Below are positions 19,756-30,041 of a stretch of 32,000 nt of DNA, piece after piece (within the stretch, counting starts at the first letter, position 1; each line of letters opens with the position of its first letter). The notes under the pieces were generated by a model. That model saw only the letters and a program-made list of their open reading frames with translations. It ran no database searches and was not told where the DNA came from. The translations under genes were made by a program, and so were the position numbers. Origin of the DNA: Vibrio alginolyticus NBRC 15630 = ATCC 17749 (GTDB lineage: Bacteria > Pseudomonadota > Gammaproteobacteria > Enterobacterales > Vibrionaceae); NCBI RefSeq assembly GCF_000354175.2, contig NC_022359.1, positions 330,001-362,000 on the forward strand, written 5' to 3'.

Positions 19756-21792
19756 CTAGAACTGATATCCGTAGCTGAGCATAAACTCGGCTGGTGCGCC
19801 GTAGCCAATCTGGTTTAAGCCAGACGTGCCGTTTGTTGCGCCAAGAATGTATTTCTCATCCAAAATGTTGTAAGCGTTCGCTTGGATTTTATGACGACCA
19901 GTGGTGTACGCCGCCATCAAATCCACCGTTGTGTAATCGCCAAGTGCGACAGCTTCGTCGTTACCTGCGTAACGGTCGCCCACGTACTTCACACCACCGC
20001 CTAAACGCCAGTTGTCATCCAATTGGTAAGTGCTCCAAAGAGAGAACAAGTGGTCTGATACATCGTTCGGCTTTTTGCCTGTGGCTTTGTCTTCCGCGTC
20101 CAAGTAGCTGTAACCCACAGAGATGTCCCACTGTTTGGTGATTTGACCGCGAGCCTCTAATTCAATACCTTGGTGACGCACTTCAATTTTATCGATCACA
20201 TCGCCGTCCACGTTAGTTTGTGGTTGCTCTTGATCAATCTGGAACAGTGCCGCATTCAACATTAATGCGTTATCCAAAAGGTACGCTTTCGCACCCACCT
20301 CTTTTAAGTCGGTGTGGAAGAATTCCGCCAATTTTGGATTGATGTAGATACCAGCGTACGGTAACTGCCAAGAGCGCGCTAAACTGGCGTATACGGATGT
20401 GTCGGAATTGATGCGGTATACCAAACCAGCACGGTAGCTGACTTTGTCATCATCCAATTTTTCCTTATCTGAGCCCGCTTTTTGTTGTTCGAGTTCCATC
20501 GAGTCGTAACGCACGTTACCGATCAAAGAAAGGTCACCCCACGTATAGACGTCTTGCACATACAAACCTGTCGTGGTGGTGGTATTGTCACGAAATGGCT
20601 TAAAGCCCGGATCAGGCGTTGGACCAACGACTGGGTCGTAGATATTTTGCGGAGGAAGCGTTTTGTCACTTGCCAACGTTAGGTCGATATCGATCTGGTT
20701 GAAATCTGCACCCACCATCAATTGATTGTCCCTGGTTTCCCAAACCAACTCAGATTGTAAAGTGGTCGTAGTACGTGGATCGTAACCAAAGTTGTTGACG
20801 GTTTGAGACACTTCATTACCCGTCACTTTGCCCTGACGCGTGCCTTTTTGCTCAAGTTCGATATGGTTGAACGCCGCTCGGTTGTTCCATACCCATTGAT
20901 CATTCAGACGCCATTCGTAATCCACCGCAATACGGAGACTGTCTGACTCCTGATAGTCGTTTGTGCCGCCAAAGTAAGTGCTTACTGGCAAATCAACTGG
21001 CTTGCCATTTTTTGATGGCACACCACGATACGGCACTAGTTCTTGATGGGCGTATTCCACGTCAATATCAATGGTGTGACCTTCCGCTGGTAACACACGA
21101 ATGGTCGGTGCAATGAAGAAATCGTTTGAATCAACATGATCAACGTACGAGTCGGCTTGACGGTATTCCAAGTTAATACGCCCGTTGACCTTATCTGTAA
21201 ACGCCATTGAGCTGTCGACCTGACCAACATATTGGTTGTTGCTGCCTACACTACCGTTTACGTGAGTAAAATTCTCACCGTTAGCGCGTTTCGTCACCAA
21301 GTTGATGATGCCCCCAGCCGAACCACGGCCATACAAAGCACCCGCAGGGCCTTTCACAATTTCAACGCGTTCAACGTTCGCTAAGCTGCGGTAAGACTGC
21401 AACGTACCGTCATCTCGCAAGCCATCACGGTACATATCGTTGAGTGAATCAAAACCACGGATCATGAACTGATCGCGGCTGCCTTCGCCCAAGGTGTTAT
21501 TGACCCCGGCTACCCCATCTAGCGCATCCACTAAACGCACCGCGCCTCGGTCTTGCATTTCTGTTTTCGTTACTACGGATACCGCTTGTGGCACATCAAG
21601 CCATTCCACATCGGTTTTGGTGCCTGATTGAGGCATGTGTTCAGCATAACCTTCGTACTGATGACCGAAGACTTGAATCGTTTCAGTTGCTGATGGGGTT
21701 GAGTTCGTCTCTTCTGAAGCCACTGCGCTTGGTGCTACTAATGAAGAACCAATCGCGACCGCCAAGGGGGTCAGGGTCAATAATTTATTCAT
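19756..21792 (-). CDS. psuA: TonB-dependent outer-membrane receptor, second vibrioferrin receptor (psuA, also called pvuA1)
   Basis: Start taken at ATG 21792 (MNKLLTLTPLAVAIGSSLVAPSAVA signal peptide). TonB box/plug (ETIQVFGH, VEIVKGPAGALYGRGSAGG) and a terminal ...MLSYGYQF. Divergent from pvsA. Confidence 0.88.
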   Translation of the reverse strand: MNKLLTLTPLAVAIGSSLVAPSAVASEETNSTPSATETIQVFGHQYEGYAEHMPQSGTKTDVEWLDVPQAVSVVTKTEMQDRGAVRLVDALDGVAGVNNTLGEGSRDQFMIRGFDSLNDMYRDGLRDDGTLQSYRSLANVERVEIVKGPAGALYGRGSAGGIINLVTKRANGENFTHVNGSVGSNNQYVGQVDSSMAFTDKVNGRINLEYRQADSYVDHVDSNDFFIAPTIRVLPAEGHTIDIDVEYAHQELVPYRGVPSKNGKPVDLPVSTYFGGTNDYQESDSLRIAVDYEWRLNDQWVWNNRAAFNHIELEQKGTRQGKVTGNEVSQTVNNFGYDPRTTTTLQSELVWETRDNQLMVGADFNQIDIDLTLASDKTLPPQNIYDPVVGPTPDPGFKPFRDNTTTTTGLYVQDVYTWGDLSLIGNVRYDSMELEQQKAGSDKEKLDDDKVSYRAGLVYRINSDTSVYASLARSWQLPYAGIYINPKLAEFFHTDLKEVGAKAYLLDNALMLNAALFQIDQEQPQTNVDGDVIDKIEVRHQGIELEARGQITKQWDISVGYSYLDAEDKATGKKPNDVSDHLFSLWSTYQLDDNWRLGGGVKYVGDRYAGNDEAVALGDYTTVDLMAAYTTGRHKIQANAYNILDEKYILGATNGTSGLNQIGYGAPAEFMLSYGYQF

Positions 21793-21825
21793 TCCATAAT
21801 TCCGTTTAGTTGTTATAAAGCCAAC

Positions 21826-21880
21826 GAATGGAAATAAGAACAAATATTATTTCTATTTGCAATATTAATTTTATGCTCTA
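21826..21880. promoter_or_regulatory. AT-rich core of the divergent psuA/pvsA control region with Fur-box-like sequence
   Basis: aataagaacaaatattatt (21833-21851) matches the 19-bp Fur consensus GATAATGATAATCATTATC at about 12/19 by eye. It lies 40-60 bp upstream of the psuA ATG. Iron/Fur control of this locus is established in V. parahaemolyticus. The exact site is not resolved here. Confidence 0.4.
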
Positions 21881-22041
21881 TATTTATTTACCCTAAAAAC
21901 ACAACTAACAACAAAAAAACCAAATATCATAACAATAAATACTGAAACTTCTGCCCTCCGTCTCGAGAGAGGCACATTGGAAGACGACCGTGAGCGACTT
22001 TATCAACGTTAGAAGAAAATGTTAGAAAATTAGGAAAGCTC

Positions 22042-23253
22042 ATGAAATCTACGATGATTATCGTAAGTCATGTCGTTAACGATGCAGTCACTCACGGCTT
22101 TGTGCCTGCAGCTAAAGCGATGGACCTTCACGTCGTTCTTATCACCGACCATAAGCTCAGCCATTTAGAGTTGGCGAGTCGTGATAGTCACTTTAATCCG
22201 GATACCATTCTAGAATGTGATGTCTTCAACCCATTAGAACTCATCGAAACCATCACGGAGCATGAATTAAAGCCAGACGCTATTTTCAGCAATAGTGATC
22301 ACTTACAAACTTCCACCGCCATCTGCGCGCAATTTTTTGGCCTCCCATCCAAAGATTGGTCTGTCACGTTAAAGGCCAAAAACAAACACTTAACTCGACA
22401 AGTGTTAAATGAAAAATCCTTACCCAACACACAAAGCTGTTTGCTGCATCGCCATTCGAATGTGGCATTAGGCATGGCCTTCCCTGTCGTAGCAAAACCC
22501 AAAGAAGGCGTGGCAAGTCTAGATGTACAGCGCTGTGACTCCCAAAGCGAGCTCGATGCTTACTGCGAGGCGTTTTGGCAAAAGCACCCAAACGCCGCCA
22601 TTCTGGTGGAGAAGTTTCTTCAAGGACCGTTGGTTACGCTCGAAACTTTAGGAGACGGTAACCAACTTATCGCCGTGGGCGGTTTTGATGTGTCGCTCTC
22701 TGAGCCGCCTTACTTTATCGAAACCGCCGCAGACTGGAACGGACCAAACGGCATTGCTCACCGAGAAGCTTGCTTGGCTCAACTGAAAGCGTTCGGCGTT
22801 GGTTTTGGAGTTTGCCACAGCGAATTTATCATCACGGAAAACGGCCCAGTTCTGGTGGAAATCAACTACCGCAGTATTGGAGATGGCCGCGAATTCTTGC
22901 TCAACAATCTCGCTCACTTTGGTTGGTTTAGCACAATTTTGGGTCTGCATTTGGGTCGAAGATTGGACGGCGATTACCAAATTCATGGGTCAGCGCACGT
23001 GCACTACGTAGTTGCGGAACACAGCGGTGTGATCGACGGAGGTTCGACGTCGTTCATCCAACACGATGACGATATCATCACTCAGCAACAGGTACTAAAA
23101 ACCGCTGGAGAACACTTCCAACAGAGTTATTCCAATAAGGATTATCTCGCCCGAATTTCGATTGTCTCACCATCAGGGCGAAACCTCGACCAATCGCTGC
23201 AGAACGCGCTTAGCAATTTCGATCTAGCTCCGACTCGTGAGGTGGCAGCATGA
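22042..23253 (+). CDS. pvsA: Vibrioferrin biosynthesis ATP-grasp ligase
   Basis: 403 aa and first gene of the operon. ATP-grasp pattern (KNKHLTRQVL, FPVVAKPKEGVASLDV, ILVEKFLQG, SEFIITENGPVLVEINYR). The stop overlaps the pvsB ATG (ATGA). Confidence 0.88.
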   Translation: MKSTMIIVSHVVNDAVTHGFVPAAKAMDLHVVLITDHKLSHLELASRDSHFNPDTILECDVFNPLELIETITEHELKPDAIFSNSDHLQTSTAICAQFFGLPSKDWSVTLKAKNKHLTRQVLNEKSLPNTQSCLLHRHSNVALGMAFPVVAKPKEGVASLDVQRCDSQSELDAYCEAFWQKHPNAAILVEKFLQGPLVTLETLGDGNQLIAVGGFDVSLSEPPYFIETAADWNGPNGIAHREACLAQLKAFGVGFGVCHSEFIITENGPVLVEINYRSIGDGREFLLNNLAHFGWFSTILGLHLGRRLDGDYQIHGSAHVHYVVAEHSGVIDGGSTSFIQHDDDIITQQQVLKTAGEHFQQSYSNKDYLARISIVSPSGRNLDQSLQNALSNFDLAPTREVAA

Positions 23254-25082
23254 ATGACAACGCTTTGTATCTAACGCAACGATTGATCGACACTTGCTTA
23301 CGCGAAGACATGTTTGGCATTTTGTCGAAGGCCAAGTTCAGTAGAGACGCGCCAAAAGGGGTAATTGTTCCTCAAGACGAGCAAGTCTGGCTGATATTTG
23401 CCAACTCTGATTTCACGTTGTATTTACCTGTTGCGCCAGCGTATTACATGCAGCACTGGCGCTACGGTCACGCCAATGACGAAACACCACCAGGTTGGTG
23501 GGTGGAGAAAAATGGCCAAATCGAGCATCAACAGCATTACAAAGAGTGGATTGCGCTACTAACGACACTGGCGCATGAGAGCTCTCACGAGTTGCTGGCG
23601 GGATACCTTCAAGAACTGGAATGTGCAGAGAAACACAAAGCGCTGTGTGACCAAGCGTTTCATCATCACGCAGACCACATTTCTCAACCAATATCCAAGC
23701 TTGGTTCTTGGCATCAAAAACTGCTGCTAGCCGACCAGATCGCTTCTTACCTTGACCACCCGTACTATCCAACTGCGCGGGCGAAGTTTGGCCTGAGCGA
23801 TGAAGACCTTGCTAAGTACGCGCCCGAGTTCGCACAAAGCTTTGCTCTGCATTGGATTGCGATTGAAAAATCACTGTTGACATTAACTAGCGAACAACCT
23901 GATTGCTGGCCAACCATGGAGCAAGTTGGGCTTCCTGCTGATTTTGCACTGAGCCACGTACTGTTCCCTGCGCATCCGCTCACCCTGCGATCTTTAGAAG
24001 CCTTACCCGAAGGTATGATAGAAGCGCCTTTAACGTATCTAGACGTGACGCCGACGCTTTCCGTTCGTACGGTGGTCGTGAACGACGCACCGCACATTCA
24101 CATCAAGGTTCCGCTGATCATGCGATCGCTAGGCACGAAAAATATTCGCTTAATCAAGCCTTCAACACTGTATGACGGCCACTGGTTTGAACGCCTACTC
24201 AGCCACCTTGAACAAACGGACGCCGATTTAAACAGTCGCTTGTTCCATTGCAACGAAAAACACGGTGGACACGTCGGCGAGGATAAAACCTTCGCGTACA
24301 TCGTACGTGAGTATCCACTTACTCATTGCGAAGACAAAGCGTTAGTTCCGGTTGCAGCACTAGCAAGCCCAATGCCTGACGACCGCTTGTTCTTAGAACA
24401 TTTGGCAGAACATTACTATCAACAAGATACGCTGGCGTGGTTCCAAGATTACGTCGATCTATTATGCCAAGTGCACCTCACCTTGTGGCTTCGTTATGGC
24501 ATCGCATTGGAGTCCAACCAGCAAAACGCCATCATTGCATTTGATCAACAGGGCAAAATGACGCTCGCGATGAAAGACAACGACGCGGCGCGAATTTGGC
24601 CAGAGCGCTTCCACTTTGCAACAGAGCATGCTGCCCAAAAACACGGCGCAAAACTACTTCCAGTGGATTGCGATGAACTGCTCGATCAACGCATCAAAGT
24701 CGACAATGAATTGGCGCTCGGTCAGATGTTTACCACCATCACATTACAACTGGATATCGCAGCGATTGTAGAAGCCATGGCAGCGAAGGGCATTGCCTCT
24801 TCAGCATCGCTTTACGCCATCGTGGCCAAAAGCATTGCAGAGCAACTCAACCGACTAGAAAGCGGAGGGTTAGAGACAAAACTGGCACGCGAGTTACTGC
24901 AAGAAGCACCTGATTTGTACGCCAAATACTTGTTGAGCTCTGGCAGTTTGCTCTCGAAAGAAGCCTCCGGCGCGAGTGACATCAATAAGTTCTATGGTTT
25001 GTCGGCTCCGAACTTCTTGCTGCTTTCTAGCAAAGAAGCGCAACGCGCCTACTTAGAAGCCATCAAAAAAAGCGTACGTTAA
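23250..25082 (+). CDS. pvsB: Vibrioferrin NRPS-independent siderophore (NIS) synthetase, IucA/IucC family
   Basis: 610 aa. IucA/IucC N-domain and FhuF-like C-domain pattern (HPLTLRS, TLSVRTV, KVPLIMRSLG, ESNQQNAII, MKDND). Confidence 0.88.
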   Translation: MNDNALYLTQRLIDTCLREDMFGILSKAKFSRDAPKGVIVPQDEQVWLIFANSDFTLYLPVAPAYYMQHWRYGHANDETPPGWWVEKNGQIEHQQHYKEWIALLTTLAHESSHELLAGYLQELECAEKHKALCDQAFHHHADHISQPISKLGSWHQKLLLADQIASYLDHPYYPTARAKFGLSDEDLAKYAPEFAQSFALHWIAIEKSLLTLTSEQPDCWPTMEQVGLPADFALSHVLFPAHPLTLRSLEALPEGMIEAPLTYLDVTPTLSVRTVVVNDAPHIHIKVPLIMRSLGTKNIRLIKPSTLYDGHWFERLLSHLEQTDADLNSRLFHCNEKHGGHVGEDKTFAYIVREYPLTHCEDKALVPVAALASPMPDDRLFLEHLAEHYYQQDTLAWFQDYVDLLCQVHLTLWLRYGIALESNQQNAIIAFDQQGKMTLAMKDNDAARIWPERFHFATEHAAQKHGAKLLPVDCDELLDQRIKVDNELALGQMFTTITLQLDIAAIVEAMAAKGIASSASLYAIVAKSIAEQLNRLESGGLETKLARELLQEAPDLYAKYLLSSGSLLSKEASGASDINKFYGLSAPNFLLLSSKEAQRAYLEAIKKSVR

Positions 25083-25088
25083 ACGATT

Positions 25089-26294
25089 ATGACCAAACTC
25101 ATCTACAGCGTGTTGTTGTGCCACTTTATCGCTGCGTTTGCCGCGTTAGGTATGCCGCTATTTCTACCCGTCGTGTTGCCAACGTTAGGCGCAAGCATTG
25201 ATGCAGACTGGGCAGGGGTATTGTTTATCCTACCCACGTTTTGTACTGCGTTGGCGGCGCGATTTTGGGGCAACTTTGCTGATCGCTACGGTCGCCGCCG
25301 CTCACTCTTGCGCGCGCAACTTGGCCTTGCAGCAGGGTTTGCGCTGTGCGGCTTTGCAGACAACCTCGCCATGTTTGTGTTTGGTCTTATTGTTCAAGGA
25401 ACCTTTGGCGGCACCATGGCCGCCTCGAACAGCTACTTATCTAGTCAAATTAAAGAAGCCAAAACACTCGGCAAGTCACTCAATAAAACCCAGCTATCTG
25501 CTCGCTTGGCGCTGATCGTTGCGCCTATTGGGCTCGGCTGGAGCTTGTCAGAGACCAACCCGCTCAACGCGTACCTTTGGTTATGCGTTTTGCCTTTGAT
25601 TGCGATGGGCATCACGCTAACACTGCCAGTGGATAAACCCGCCGACCAAAACCTCGAAAAGCCAAACTCAGAACCTCAGCAAGAAAAACCGGTTGCACAG
25701 AAAAACGCAATGCATGCCATTCGTTGGATCTTCTTTGCTCAGTTCGGGTTTGCGTTTTCTATGGTGGTGACCTTTCCTTATTTCTCGCCGTTTGTGCAGC
25801 AATATGGCATCACTAACCACGCATGGATCGGTTTTTTGTACGCACTGCCGCATGGTGTCTATCTGTTGCTGGCAGGCAAAATCCACGTGTTGTCAGATGG
25901 GCTGAATCGGCATCAACCGCTGCGCACGTTGTGGCTTGGGTTTGCATTGCTTGCCGTGAGCTCTGCCTTGCATTTGATTGCATCCGAAACCGCACTCATT
26001 GCTGCGAGAATTATCTTCGGCATCGCGATGGTGTGTTGTTATCACGGATTGCATCAGCATCTTGCGAGCAATCTGGATCGCAAACTCAGTGGCAAAGTAT
26101 TTTCTCGCTTTGATGCCATGTCCAAATGGGGGGGCGTGGCAGCGGGATTTTGCGCTTCTTTCATTTCTAGCTTGGGGCTACTTGAGGTTCCTTTCCTACT
26201 TTCTGCGATAGTCAGCGTAATCACCTTGATCGCGCTGGTTCTCCATTCAAAATTTGGAAATCAACATGTTACAAACTCAATCCTCTCAGACTAG
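25089..26294 (+). CDS. pvsC: MFS transporter, vibrioferrin exporter
   Basis: 12-TM MFS with motif A-like GNFADRYGRRRSLL, embedded between the two NIS synthetase genes. Confidence 0.85.
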   Translation: MTKLIYSVLLCHFIAAFAALGMPLFLPVVLPTLGASIDADWAGVLFILPTFCTALAARFWGNFADRYGRRRSLLRAQLGLAAGFALCGFADNLAMFVFGLIVQGTFGGTMAASNSYLSSQIKEAKTLGKSLNKTQLSARLALIVAPIGLGWSLSETNPLNAYLWLCVLPLIAMGITLTLPVDKPADQNLEKPNSEPQQEKPVAQKNAMHAIRWIFFAQFGFAFSMVVTFPYFSPFVQQYGITNHAWIGFLYALPHGVYLLLAGKIHVLSDGLNRHQPLRTLWLGFALLAVSSALHLIASETALIAARIIFGIAMVCCYHGLHQHLASNLDRKLSGKVFSRFDAMSKWGGVAAGFCASFISSLGLLEVPFLLSAIVSVITLIALVLHSKFGNQHVTNSILSD

Positions 26295-28095
26295 CGAGTT
26301 GCGCGCGCATGATGTGCAGCTCAATCGTGAGAAGGCCCAACTCAACACGATAATGGGTGTTCTTAATTGTTACTTACGTGAATTTGCGCTACCGAATCAA
26401 CAAGTGGAATGGCACTACCAATCGACATCGCTACCCCAAACGTTAAAACGCAACTATTCCGCCAAGCAGCGGGTAGCCGTTCATCTTTCTCAACAAAATG
26501 ACGTGCTGGTTTTGCCGATTCACTACGCGAGCAAACTGGGCAAAATCAAATTGGCAGAACTGCCGTGGGCGAAAATGCCGGGATCTGGTTGGGCGAAATT
26601 GGATGCCACGCAAACTCTTACGCTTTTGCTTAACTATCTCAAGCAGGTGTTGGCGATCCCGTTCAACCATGAGCTGATCGAACAACTGGAAAATAGCGTG
26701 CTGGTTACCGAGCAGTTTCTCAACGTCGCGCCCAAATCGCATCACAACGAGTTTATCGCTTCGGAACAATCTCTGATTTGGGGGCATACTTTCCATCCGA
26801 CCCCGAAAAGTCGTTCGGGCGTCACCATGGATGATCTCTTGGCGTTTTCTCCAGAAGTCGGCGCGCAAGTCCCGTTGTACTGGTTTGAAGTGGATACGTC
26901 CTTACTTGATGTGCTGAGTTCCGACGGAGAAGCTAACCCTGCGCAACGCATGCTACAACAGCTCGCGCCACAACACACCACCAGCAATGGGAAGATCCTC
27001 TACCCTTGCCATCCTTGGGAAAGCTACACCATTTTGAGCAACCCAAGCGTGAAGCGTGCCATTGAACAAGGCAAGATCACGCCACTGGGTTTAGGTGGTG
27101 AAAAGATGCAGCCGACCTCTTCAGTTCGTACCCTCTACCATCCAGATATGGATTGGTTTGCGAAATTCTCCATCAACGTACGATTAACCAATTGCGTGCG
27201 AAAAAACGCGTGGTACGAACTCGACAGCGCCGTGCAGCTCACGTCGATTCTCAAACCAATTCGAGAAAACGAACAGCTGCACAACCCCGTATTTAAAGTG
27301 ATGACAGAGCCTTACGCCACCACATTGAATCTAGAAAGTGTCGCTGAGCGTAATTGGGATGACAAAACCAAAGCGCGCGAATCGTTTGGGATTTTATACC
27401 GCGAAAATTTCTCGCTGAGCGAAGTCGACATCTTAAAACCAACCCTCGCTGGCGCTCTGTTTGCTTACGACAAAAACGGCAACAGTTGCATTGCTCAACG
27501 CCTTAAAAACAAAGCGCGTACTACGCAAAATCGCTATTCCGACATCGCGACACTGTGGTTTGAACGCTATTTGCATTGCCTAATTCCAGGTGTGTTTAAC
27601 TACTACTTCAAACACGGGGTGGCGTTTGAGCCGCATTTGCAAAACACCTTGATTGGCTTTGAACAAGAGATGCCGTGTTGTGTTTGGATTCGTGATTTGG
27701 AAGGCACCAAGTTACTGCCAGAGTTTTGGCCAGCAGAAACATTAACTGACTTGTCTGAACGCGCGCGACAATCGGTTTACTACAGTCGCGAACAAGGCTG
27801 GAATCGCATCGGATACTGCACCTTTATCAACAACATCAGCGAAGCGATTTTCTTCATCGCAGAAGGTGATGAGCCACTAGAGCAAACGCTGTGGAATGCG
27901 GTGCAAAGTGCCATTGTGCGTTGGCAGTCAGTGAATGGAAAACAGCCAGAACTAGAAGCATTGCTGAATGGCGGTCACTTCCCAAGCAAAAATAATTTCA
28001 CCACGCGTTTGATGCAAAAAGCCGATAAGGAGTCGGGCTATACCCAAGTCGCCGCGCCTTGGCAGCAACACGAAAAAGGAGCGCAACATGTCTAA
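26266..28095 (+). CDS. pvsD: Vibrioferrin NIS synthetase, IucA/IucC family
   Basis: ATG 26266 is preferred, preceded by GGAAA; the track start at 26254 is a TTG. IucA/IucC motifs (GHTFHPTPKSR, TSSVRTL, KFSINVRLTNCVRKN, EPHLQNTLI, IRDLEG). Overlaps the pvsC end by 29 nt and the pvsE start by 8 nt. Confidence 0.88.
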   Translation: MLQTQSSQTSELRAHDVQLNREKAQLNTIMGVLNCYLREFALPNQQVEWHYQSTSLPQTLKRNYSAKQRVAVHLSQQNDVLVLPIHYASKLGKIKLAELPWAKMPGSGWAKLDATQTLTLLLNYLKQVLAIPFNHELIEQLENSVLVTEQFLNVAPKSHHNEFIASEQSLIWGHTFHPTPKSRSGVTMDDLLAFSPEVGAQVPLYWFEVDTSLLDVLSSDGEANPAQRMLQQLAPQHTTSNGKILYPCHPWESYTILSNPSVKRAIEQGKITPLGLGGEKMQPTSSVRTLYHPDMDWFAKFSINVRLTNCVRKNAWYELDSAVQLTSILKPIRENEQLHNPVFKVMTEPYATTLNLESVAERNWDDKTKARESFGILYRENFSLSEVDILKPTLAGALFAYDKNGNSCIAQRLKNKARTTQNRYSDIATLWFERYLHCLIPGVFNYYFKHGVAFEPHLQNTLIGFEQEMPCCVWIRDLEGTKLLPEFWPAETLTDLSERARQSVYYSREQGWNRIGYCTFINNISEAIFFIAEGDEPLEQTLWNAVQSAIVRWQSVNGKQPELEALLNGGHFPSKNNFTTRLMQKADKESGYTQVAAPWQQHEKGAQHV

Positions 28096-29290
28096 TTCAC
28101 TCTCCCTATCGACACGCGTTAGCCAGCAAGTTCACACGCTCGCACAGCAGCAAAATCAACCCTTGTGCGCGTACGTGTATGACCTAAACGCCTTAGAAGA
28201 ACACATCAAACAACTGCGTCACGTTTTGCCGAAAAATGTCGAGCTATTTTACGCAGCCAAAGCCAATCCATCGGGCCCTATTCTCAAAACGCTCGCGCCG
28301 TATGTCGATGGTTTTGAAGCGGCGTCTGGCGGGGAGTTGACACACCTCCACCAGCAACAACTCGATAAGCCATTGATCTTCGGTGGCCCCGGAAAAATGC
28401 TAAGTGAATTGCAACAAGCGATTGAGCTGGATGTCGATGGAATTCATGTCGAAAGTCTCACCGAGCTAAAGCGCATTGGAGCACTAACCGAGCGCCTCAA
28501 CCGCCCTACTTCGATCTTTTTGCGTATGAACATTGATATTGGCGACATCACGCTCAGCAAGTTGGCGATGGGTGGCAAGCCGACTCCATTTGGCTTGGAC
28601 GAGTCCGAACTGAGTAATGCTTTAATGTTGCTGCGCGATTTCCCGCAAGTGTCACTGAAAGGTTTCCATTTTCACTTGATGTCGCATCAGCTCGATGTTG
28701 AACGTCACTTAGCGTTGATGCAGCGCTATTTCCAAGTCGTGAAGGCGTGGCAACAGGAGTTCGAACTCGGTGAGCTGATGATCAACTTGGGCGGCGGCAT
28801 GGGCATCAACTACCAAAACCCTGAGCAACACTTTCCGTGGATGGAGTTTTGCGACAAGTTGGAATTCCTCATCGCTAAAGAGCAAGTGCAAGATTGGACA
28901 CTGCGTTTTGAATGCGGACGTTTCATCACGGCGGCATGCGGTTATTACGTAATGGAAGTGCTGGATATTAAGCAAAATCTTGGCGAAAACTTTGTCATCG
29001 CGCGCGGAGGAACCCACCATTTCCGCACGCCAGCAGCGCAGAGCCATGATCATCCATTCGTCATCCTGAAAAGCGAGCAACACCATGAGATTTCTCACCC
29101 AATTCAGCATGCACAAGCGACCTTTGTCGGCCAGCTTTGTACGCCCAAAGATGTGCTGGCACGCAATCAACACGTCGCCCACGTCGATATTGGTGATTAC
29201 GTTGTGTTTACCTTAGCGGGCGCGTATGCGTGGAACATCTCCCATCAAAACTTCTTGATGCATGAACCGCCGATCTTCCACTATTTCTAA
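28088..29290 (+). CDS. pvsE: PLP-dependent decarboxylase (Orn/DAP/Arg decarboxylase fold III) of vibrioferrin biosynthesis
   Basis: FYAAKANP (PLP-lysine motif), GGGMGI, ECGRF and the C-terminal beta-barrel pattern. Last gene of the pvs operon, followed by a terminator. Confidence 0.88.
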   Translation: MSNSLSLSTRVSQQVHTLAQQQNQPLCAYVYDLNALEEHIKQLRHVLPKNVELFYAAKANPSGPILKTLAPYVDGFEAASGGELTHLHQQQLDKPLIFGGPGKMLSELQQAIELDVDGIHVESLTELKRIGALTERLNRPTSIFLRMNIDIGDITLSKLAMGGKPTPFGLDESELSNALMLLRDFPQVSLKGFHFHLMSHQLDVERHLALMQRYFQVVKAWQQEFELGELMINLGGGMGINYQNPEQHFPWMEFCDKLEFLIAKEQVQDWTLRFECGRFITAACGYYVMEVLDIKQNLGENFVIARGGTHHFRTPAAQSHDHPFVILKSEQHHEISHPIQHAQATFVGQLCTPKDVLARNQHVAHVDIGDYVVFTLAGAYAWNISHQNFLMHEPPIFHYF

Positions 29291-29313
29291 ACGGCATACT
29301 TCGCTTCATTCAA

Positions 29314-29336
29314 GCCCCAATCATTGGGGCTTTTTT
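29314..29336 (+). terminator. Rho-independent terminator of the pvs operon
   Basis: gccccaa / ttggggc stem with a 3-nt loop, then TTTTTT. Confidence 0.8.
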
Positions 29337-29372
29337 ATTCTTCAACATAACAAGCAGCCCTAATACTGCACC

Positions 29373-29819
29373 CTACTTCGCCGCCGCGTTGGTTAAATTG
29401 CCCAGCACGCCGCTGATTTTGTTCAATACCTCGTCACAGCCTTCAATATGATGGCGCTGCTTTAAATACATAGGATCGTTATAAGCTAACCACGTTTTGC
29501 CTTCAGCATCTTCATACACCAACACTTTTTGGGGTAAATCGAGCGCCACTTCCTGCGCACAGATCATCAGTGGCGTGCCCACTTTAGGGTTTCCAAACAC
29601 GATAACTTCGGTTGGTCGCAACGTCATATCGACTTTCGCGGCATTCTCTTGATGGTTAATGCGCGCAAAGACGTTCAACCCTTTTTCTTGCGCGATAGCG
29701 ACAAATTTATCCGCTGTATCTTTTGCTGAATGCGTGCTCGCAACGGTTACCACGCCCTCACCAGCCAACGCACTCAATGACGTCAACGCCACGACCAACC
29801 CGATGATTACTTTTTTCAT
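29373..29819 (-). CDS. Exported DUF302-family protein
   Basis: Start at ATG 29819 behind a strong GAGGAAGGGA Shine-Dalgarno. Signal peptide MKKVIIGLVVALTSLSALA. The body (FARINHQENAAKV, VIVFGNPKVGTPLM, ALDLPQKVLVYED) fits the DUF302 pattern. The 18-codon extension in the track is unlikely. Confidence 0.75.
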   Translation of the reverse strand: MKKVIIGLVVALTSLSALAGEGVVTVASTHSAKDTADKFVAIAQEKGLNVFARINHQENAAKVDMTLRPTEVIVFGNPKVGTPLMICAQEVALDLPQKVLVYEDAEGKTWLAYNDPMYLKQRHHIEGCDEVLNKISGVLGNLTNAAAK

Positions 29820-30041
29820 TTGTCGTCCCTTCCTCTCTATCTGAGTCGAAAACTGTAAATATAGAAAAACCAAGTGTATAGAAGTCAGATTCCGCTATCG
29901 CGAATTGCACTCTACCCACTCAAGAGTCGACCGTGTAACACGGATAAATTGATTCAGATTAATAAAGCATTAACTAGCCGAGCATCAAAAGCGTGAAATA
30001 CGTAACATTTGCAGCCTATTTTAGTAAGAAAGAGAAAAGTA

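Noticed and set aside
21793-21843. N-terminal extensions given by the ORF track (psuA +17 aa here; also pvuD 15443-15475, DUF302 29820-29873, MFS 2996-3016, pvsD 26254-26265, M16 11335-11352, pvuE 14469-14477)
   Set aside because: In each case an internal ATG gives a canonical signal peptide or family-typical N-terminus. That ATG also has a better Shine-Dalgarno or a 4-nt ATGA coupling overlap. Several of the longer starts are TTG codons in promoter or upstream-gene sequence.
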